Positions 59,150 through 64,000 of a DNA stretch of 64,000 nt are shown here, piece after piece. The notes under the pieces were generated by a model. The model worked only from the letters and a program-made list of their open reading frames with translations. It had not been told where the DNA came from and searched no databases. The position numbers and the translations under genes were made by a program. Numbering within the stretch: the first letter of the stretch is position 1; the number at the start of each line of letters is the position of its first letter. This DNA is from a virus. Lineage: Duplodnaviria; Heunggongvirae; Uroviricota; Caudoviricetes. Location: IMG/VR virus record IMGVR_UViG_2778261638_000005, positions 6,684-70,683 of that record; one strand, written 5' to 3'.

Positions 59150-59449
59150 ATGAACGTTAATCAGCAGAAAAATCTTCAAAAAATCATGCTGGCGTTCGAC
59201 AAGGACTACCGCCTGTCAGAACAGCTATATGACCGACAAGTTGAACTGATTGAGAGCATCCGACTTCATCAACTGGCCTCAACTTTCGACGTTGTAACAG
59301 GCAAAGGCGTTCGCCAGGAAGTACTGGAGGCCGCTAAAGACAGCCCTGAGTTCGAAGAACTAATGGATGCCTACCGGCGAGAGGCAATGGCAATTATCGC
59401 CAGCTGGGATCTGGCAGATCAGCTTGATGGGCAGAGGGACGCGGCATGA
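59150..59449 (+). CDS. hypothetical early protein
   Basis: Probable start MNVNQQKN at 59150; overlaps exonuclease start. Confidence 0.45.
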   Translation: MNVNQQKNLQKIMLAFDKDYRLSEQLYDRQVELIESIRLHQLASTFDVVTGKGVRQEVLEAAKDSPEFEELMDAYRREAMAIIASWDLADQLDGQRDAA

Positions 59450-60267
59450 AACCGGGAATTTATTTCGACATCAGCAACGAAGACTACCACGCCGGTGACG
59501 GCGTGAGTAAGTCGCAACTGGACATGGTTGCCAAGAATCCGGCGCTTCTTAAATGGGTTCAGGCAGCACCAGAAGACGAAGAGAAAAAGTCTGCACTGGA
59601 TATGGGAACCGCATTGCACTGCCTGCTTCTGGAACCTGGAGAATTCGACAAACGCTTCATCGTTTCACCGAAATTCGATCGTCGGACAAAACAAGGTAAA
59701 GCTGACGAAGAAGCATTTCTTCGTGATGTGACGGATATGGGTATTGCGGTACTTGATGTCGAGCAGTGGCGAAAACTGGAGCTGATGCGTGATAGCGCAA
59801 TGGCTCATCCGGCGGCACGCTGGATGTTGGAAGCACCTGGTTACTGCGAAGCATCAATGTACTGGAACGATGAAGAAACGGGTGAGTTGTGCCGAATTCG
59901 TCCAGACAAATGGCTGAACGAGCACAACGTGATCGTCGACGTGAAAAAGGTTGCGGATATGGACCGTTTTGCACGCCACATCGAGGAATTCCGCTACCAC
60001 GTGCAGGACGCAATGTACCGCGAAGGCGCAATGAGGGTTACTGGTCAGCCGCATGGTTTTTTCTTTCTTGCCGTGAGCGAAAGCATTGATTGTGGTCGGT
60101 ATCCGGTACGCGTGTTCGAGCTGGATGCGCAGGATGTCGATGCCGGGCACACTCTGTTCCGCCGGGATCTGAATACCTATCACGAATGCCGCATCAATGA
60201 TGAATGGGGCGGTGTGGAAATCATTAAACGCCCTGAGTGGGCACGCAAACAGGATATGTACATATGA
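59446..60267 (+). CDS. PD-(D/E)XK recombination exonuclease (YqaJ/RecE-type)
   Basis: 273 aa, upstream partner of the annealase; acidic/Lys motif IVDVKK. Confidence 0.6.
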   Translation: MKPGIYFDISNEDYHAGDGVSKSQLDMVAKNPALLKWVQAAPEDEEKKSALDMGTALHCLLLEPGEFDKRFIVSPKFDRRTKQGKADEEAFLRDVTDMGIAVLDVEQWRKLELMRDSAMAHPAARWMLEAPGYCEASMYWNDEETGELCRIRPDKWLNEHNVIVDVKKVADMDRFARHIEEFRYHVQDAMYREGAMRVTGQPHGFFFLAVSESIDCGRYPVRVFELDAQDVDAGHTLFRRDLNTYHECRINDEWGGVEIIKRPEWARKQDMYI

Positions 60268-61205
60268 GCAACGACATCGCAAACATCAACGCACCAGTAG
60301 ACACAGCAATCGCTGGAACTGCTGCAACTATTTTCAGCCCAGACGGCTTGAACCAACTGATGAAATTCGCCGAGGTAATGGCGCAAAGCCGCGTAACGGT
60401 ACCGGCGCACCTCGCCGGGAAACCAGCTGATTGCATGGCCGTGGCAATGCAGGCTGCGCAGTGGGGAATGAACCCGTTTGCCGTGGCTCAGAAAACCCAT
60501 GTTGTGAACGGCACGCTAGGTTATGAAGCCCAATTAGTAAACGCAGTTATCTCAACAATGTCGCCAACAAAAGATCGCATCAACTACGAGTGGTTCGGGC
60601 CGTGGGAACGCGTGATCGGTAAGTTTGTTGAGAAAACATCCAAAAACGGCAATCCGTATATCGCACCAGGCTGGACTCTAAAAGACGAAGAAGGTTGCGG
60701 TGTTCGCGTATGGGCAACCATGAAGGGCGAGGATCAACCTCGAGTGCTTGAGTTAATGCTGTCTCAAGCACAGGTAAGAAACTCCACACTTTGGGCCAGT
60801 GATCCGAAACAACAACTCGCATACCTTGCGACAAAACGCTGGTCTCGCTTGCACTGTCCTGACGTAATCATGGGCGTCTACACACCAGACGAATTACAGG
60901 AAACGGCACCGCGCGTTGAGCGAGACATTACTCCGCAAACGATCACTGCTGCGGGAATGAACAGTCTGATCAACGCTAAACAAGTGAAAAAGCCTGATGA
61001 GCAAACGCGTAAAGCGGATAGCCGTGCTCCAGAAGAAATGCTAATGGCCTTTACCAGCGCAGCGATGAATTACAGCACTGTCTCCGAACTGGATAAGGCT
61101 TACAAATACATTGCACAAAAACTTTCAGATGATGACGAACTGCTGGCAAAAGCCACCGACGTTTACAGCGTTCGTCGGGAAGAATTAAACGAAACATCTA
61201 TGTAA
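60264..61205 (+). CDS. RecT/Red-beta family single-strand annealing protein
   Basis: Start ATG overlaps exonuclease stop (ATGA); ERDITPQTI resembles lambda Bet ERDITPVND. Confidence 0.6.
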   Translation: MSNDIANINAPVDTAIAGTAATIFSPDGLNQLMKFAEVMAQSRVTVPAHLAGKPADCMAVAMQAAQWGMNPFAVAQKTHVVNGTLGYEAQLVNAVISTMSPTKDRINYEWFGPWERVIGKFVEKTSKNGNPYIAPGWTLKDEEGCGVRVWATMKGEDQPRVLELMLSQAQVRNSTLWASDPKQQLAYLATKRWSRLHCPDVIMGVYTPDELQETAPRVERDITPQTITAAGMNSLINAKQVKKPDEQTRKADSRAPEEMLMAFTSAAMNYSTVSELDKAYKYIAQKLSDDDELLAKATDVYSVRREELNETSM

Positions 61206-61254
61206 CCACCACCGCGGCGCCATACGCGCCGCACTGCAACCAAGAGAGGTATTT

Positions 61255-61503
61255 ATGAAAGGTGCATTAGGTAAGAAGGAACTCCTGGCGGTGGTGCCAC
61301 TGTCATGGAGCACTATCGACCGTATGGAGCGCGCAGGGGAATTTCCTAAACGCTGGTATATCACCGATAAACGCTGCGCCTGGAACCGTGATGAAGTTGA
61401 GCGTTGGCTTGATGAACGTCAGGCAGCAAGCCCGGCAGAGTTCCAGGGTAAAAAACCTCCTGTTCAGCAACGTGTATATCGTCCCGTGAGCAACGCGGCA
61501 TGA
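61255..61503 (+). CDS. AlpA/excisionase-like DNA-binding protein
   Basis: 82 aa, winged-helix type motif LSWSTIDRMERAGEFPKRW. Confidence 0.5.
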   Translation: MKGALGKKELLAVVPLSWSTIDRMERAGEFPKRWYITDKRCAWNRDEVERWLDERQAASPAEFQGKKPPVQQRVYRPVSNAA

Positions 61504-61612
61504 GTGCGCTGCTAAGGCACTGGAGCAAATGGTCAGGATGGTACTTATTCCTGGCTTCTGTTTCAGCATGGCTTTATCTGCTGGCATTAATTTTCAGAGA
61601 GGGTTGGATTAA

Positions 61613-61912
61613 GTGAGAAAGTTAAGCCGACTTGAAAAATATCACATGAACAAGGTTTCAATGCGCAGTCCGTCAAAGATTGTCGCAGTTACTCCTGCGG
61701 CGATAGAGTTCGAAAAACGCGCAATTGAAAGAGAGAAAAAAGGACAGTTCCGCATTGCCGCTCACCTTTGGCTTCAGTGTATGGATGTTGCTTCTGGTGA
61801 TGTTGAGCGTGCAAGGATCGCGGTTCGCAGGGACCAATGTATCACAAAAGGTAACGGCCTTCGCCGTGGCGACTATAGCGGCATAGGATGTTGTGGGGTG
61901 GTTTATGACTAA
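61613..61912 (+). CDS. small regulator, possibly ANR-like
   Basis: Probable start MNKVS; FRIAAHLWLQCMDVASGDVERARIAVRRDQC pattern. Confidence 0.3.
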   Translation: MRKLSRLEKYHMNKVSMRSPSKIVAVTPAAIEFEKRAIEREKKGQFRIAAHLWLQCMDVASGDVERARIAVRRDQCITKGNGLRRGDYSGIGCCGVVYD

Positions 61913-62555
61913 GAAATACACACTAATCTATGCAGATCCACCCTGGGTATACCGGGACAAAGCCGCAGATGGTAATCGCGGTGCCGGTTTTAAATATCCG
62001 GTTATGAGTGTGCTGGATATCTGCCGCCTTCCTGTGTGGGATTTGGCCGATGAAAACTGTCTGTTGGCCATGTGGTGGGTGCCAACACAACCACTCGAAG
62101 CACTAAAAGTTGTTGAAGCCTGGGGATTCCGTCTGATGACCATGAAGGGATTCACGTGGATAAAATGTGGTAGTCGACAACCAGATAAACTGGTTATGGG
62201 TATGGGTCACATGACTCGCGCCAATAGTGAAGATTGCCTGTTTGCAGTAAAGGGAAAACTACCTCCGCGCATTAATGCAGGGATCGTTCAGTCATTTACC
62301 GCACCGCGGCTTGAGCATTCAAGAAAACCAGATGTCGTTCGTGAAAAACTTGTGCAATTGTTAGGCGATGTTTCTCGCATTGAACTGTTCGCCCGCCAGT
62401 CGTCTCATGGCTTCGATGTTTGGGGTAATCAGTGCGAAGACCCGGCAGTGCAACTACACCCTGGATACGCGTTGGATATTGCCAGATTAACAAATGCATT
62501 CAGCAATGCTCCGCTGTCACCAACAGACAACCAGGGGCGGGAGCGTGCAGCATGA
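61893..62555 (+). CDS. MT-A70 family N6-adenine DNA methyltransferase (orphan)
   Basis: LIYADPPW catalytic motif near N-terminus; no adjacent restriction gene. Confidence 0.8.
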   Translation: MGWFMTKKYTLIYADPPWVYRDKAADGNRGAGFKYPVMSVLDICRLPVWDLADENCLLAMWWVPTQPLEALKVVEAWGFRLMTMKGFTWIKCGSRQPDKLVMGMGHMTRANSEDCLFAVKGKLPPRINAGIVQSFTAPRLEHSRKPDVVREKLVQLLGDVSRIELFARQSSHGFDVWGNQCEDPAVQLHPGYALDIARLTNAFSNAPLSPTDNQGRERAA

Positions 62556-62746
62556 ACCGGGCATCACCAGCAGATTTAAGGAAATGCCTTGAAACTGCAA
62601 ACATGCTTGCACACAGCGGGATCAGGTTTGTTCCAATTCCCGCTGTCACTGATGCTGAATTTGCAACACTGTCAGCAATATTCGCAGATAAAATTGAATC
62701 ACTGGCAGCAGAAGCCGAGATGGAAGAAAATCAGCAGAATAATTAA
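62552..62746 (+). CDS. small hypothetical protein
   Basis: 64 aa, ATG overlapping methyltransferase stop (ATGA). Confidence 0.4.
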   Translation: MNRASPADLRKCLETANMLAHSGIRFVPIPAVTDAEFATLSAIFADKIESLAAEAEMEENQQNN

Positions 62747-62749
62747 ACG

Positions 62750-64000
62750 TTATTCCCCCGCCATCCACTTCTCAAACTTCGACGGGGAGAACGGAATCAG
62801 ATCCGTATGCTCCCCGTTAATCCAGGAATCAATCATATCGGCCCACTGCTGCAACATGTAGGCGCGCTGTCTGGCATATTCCGCTTTGTTATATACGGCG
62901 CGCACACCTTTCTGCTCATGTGCCAGAGCCTTTTCAATCCAGTCTGAAGGATAACCAGCCTCATGCAACAACGTACTGGCTGTACGGCGCATATCATGTA
63001 CAGTGAAGTCCTGAATATGCTCACCATCTTCATTTATTATTTTCACCGTTCTGTCGATCAGAGAGTTCAGCGCGGCATTAGATAATGGCTTCCGGAAGTT
63101 GTAACGACCAGGAACCAGATATTCACTTCCACCAGCGCACATCTGCAACCCTACCAATATATCCTGTGCCTGTTTAGGCAGGTAAATAACGTGCGCCCGG
63201 CTTCCCTTCATGCGGTCTGAAGGAATTGTCCATGTCCATTTTTTAAAATCTATTTCATCCCACGTTGCATTGGTGAACTCGCCTTTACGAACCATAGTGA
63301 TAAGCACCAGCTTTAAAGCCATTTTCATAGTGCCCATAGCACCAATGGCATCCAGCGTACGGAAGAACAGGCCAATTTCTTCTGGTGTCAGTGTTCGCTC
63401 TCGTGGTTTAAATATGGCGATAGACGAAGGTTTAATGTCAGCCGCAGGATTAAACAAACCATGACCACGGTCATTGGCGTGACGGTATACGCTGCTGATG
63501 ATCTCCCTGGCCTGTACTGCTGTTGCCCGGCCACCGCGTTCGACAATCCGGTCACACAAATCACGAACCATCGATGTGGTAATTTCAGCCATCATTTTGT
63601 TGCCAAGAACCGGAAGTATGTCACGGTCTATCACTGCCTGCTTCATTGCGCGGGTACTTTCAGCCAGGATGACGTGTTTCATATAACTGTCGGTATGTAC
63701 CGAAAACGTCTCGGCACCACGAATCTTTTTGATACCGTCACGTTTAGCCGTAGCCGGTGACTGGCCTGCTTTAAGCAGCTTCTTTGCAGCAATCAGTTCT
63801 TCTCGAGCTTCTGCCAGGCTGATACCGTCACGCCCATACTGCCCGATTACCAGTGTTTCGCGGCGACCGTTGATACGGTAGTCATAGCGAAACGAGACCG
63901 TACCTGACGTAAGTACAGCTACATACAGCCCGTCACGATCGGAGACTTTGTATAGTTTGTCCTGCGGCTTGAGGTTTTTTAATTTTGTATCGGTAAGCAC
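62750..64000 (-). CDS. tyrosine integrase (P4-type family), start at or just beyond window end
   Basis: 416 aa; N-terminal LTDTKLKNLKP; C-terminal catalytic region with R...HDMRRT...Y motif pattern. Confidence 0.85.
   Translation of the reverse strand: MLTDTKLKNLKPQDKLYKVSDRDGLYVAVLTSGTVSFRYDYRINGRRETLVIGQYGRDGISLAEAREELIAAKKLLKAGQSPATAKRDGIKKIRGAETFSVHTDSYMKHVILAESTRAMKQAVIDRDILPVLGNKMMAEITTSMVRDLCDRIVERGGRATAVQAREIISSVYRHANDRGHGLFNPAADIKPSSIAIFKPRERTLTPEEIGLFFRTLDAIGAMGTMKMALKLVLITMVRKGEFTNATWDEIDFKKWTWTIPSDRMKGSRAHVIYLPKQAQDILVGLQMCAGGSEYLVPGRYNFRKPLSNAALNSLIDRTVKIINEDGEHIQDFTVHDMRRTASTLLHEAGYPSDWIEKALAHEQKGVRAVYNKAEYARQRAYMLQQWADMIDSWINGEHTDLIPFSPSKFEKWMAGE

Noticed and set aside
59854-60500. 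Minus-strand ORFs of 142 and 106 aa
   Set aside because: Antisense to the exonuclease and annealase genes; Cys/His-rich artefacts of the opposite coding strand.
1-64000. CRISPR array or rRNA operon
   Set aside because: No regularly spaced short direct repeats with unique spacers and no rRNA-like sequence; the repeats found are iterons, transposase-binding sites, gix sites and operator palindromes.

Overview
The whole window is prophage DNA and holds two phages, one nested inside the other. (1) A ~36.9 kb Mu-like transposable prophage lies at about 19,087-56,003, with its genes read on the minus strand. From its left end (near 56.0 kb) it carries c repressor, ner, DDE transposase A, B, an early accessory region including gam, mor and C, lysis genes (SAR endolysin, overlapping spanins), Mu-type head genes, contractile-tail and baseplate genes, tail fibre S-U, an invertible G segment with alternative Sv'-U', gin, and com-mom. 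Each end has three copies of a TTTGATAC core in inverted orientation, spaced like Mu attL and attR. (2) The Mu-like element sits in the 3' end of a lambda P-like replication gene of a resident temperate phage that fills the rest of the window. Its right arm (56.0-64.0 kb) has a tyrosine integrase, AlpA-like regulator, MT-A70 methyltransferase, RecT/Red-beta-like annealase, PD-(D/E)XK exonuclease, a repressor/Cro-like immunity region, an O-like initiator with internal ori iterons, and P. Its left arm (1-19 kb) has nin-like small genes, an Ea22-like gene, terminase small and large subunits, a phage tRNA-Arg(UCU), and a podovirus-like virion module (T7-like portal, scaffold, capsid, tail-tubular A/B-like and large internal virion proteins). 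A TTACC-N5-GGTAA palindrome occurs four times, on both sides of the Mu insertion. No CRISPR array, rRNA or recognisable defence-system enzyme was seen. All protein calls rest on motif, size and gene-order recognition from the translations, not on database searches; antisense shadow ORFs in the track were ignored.
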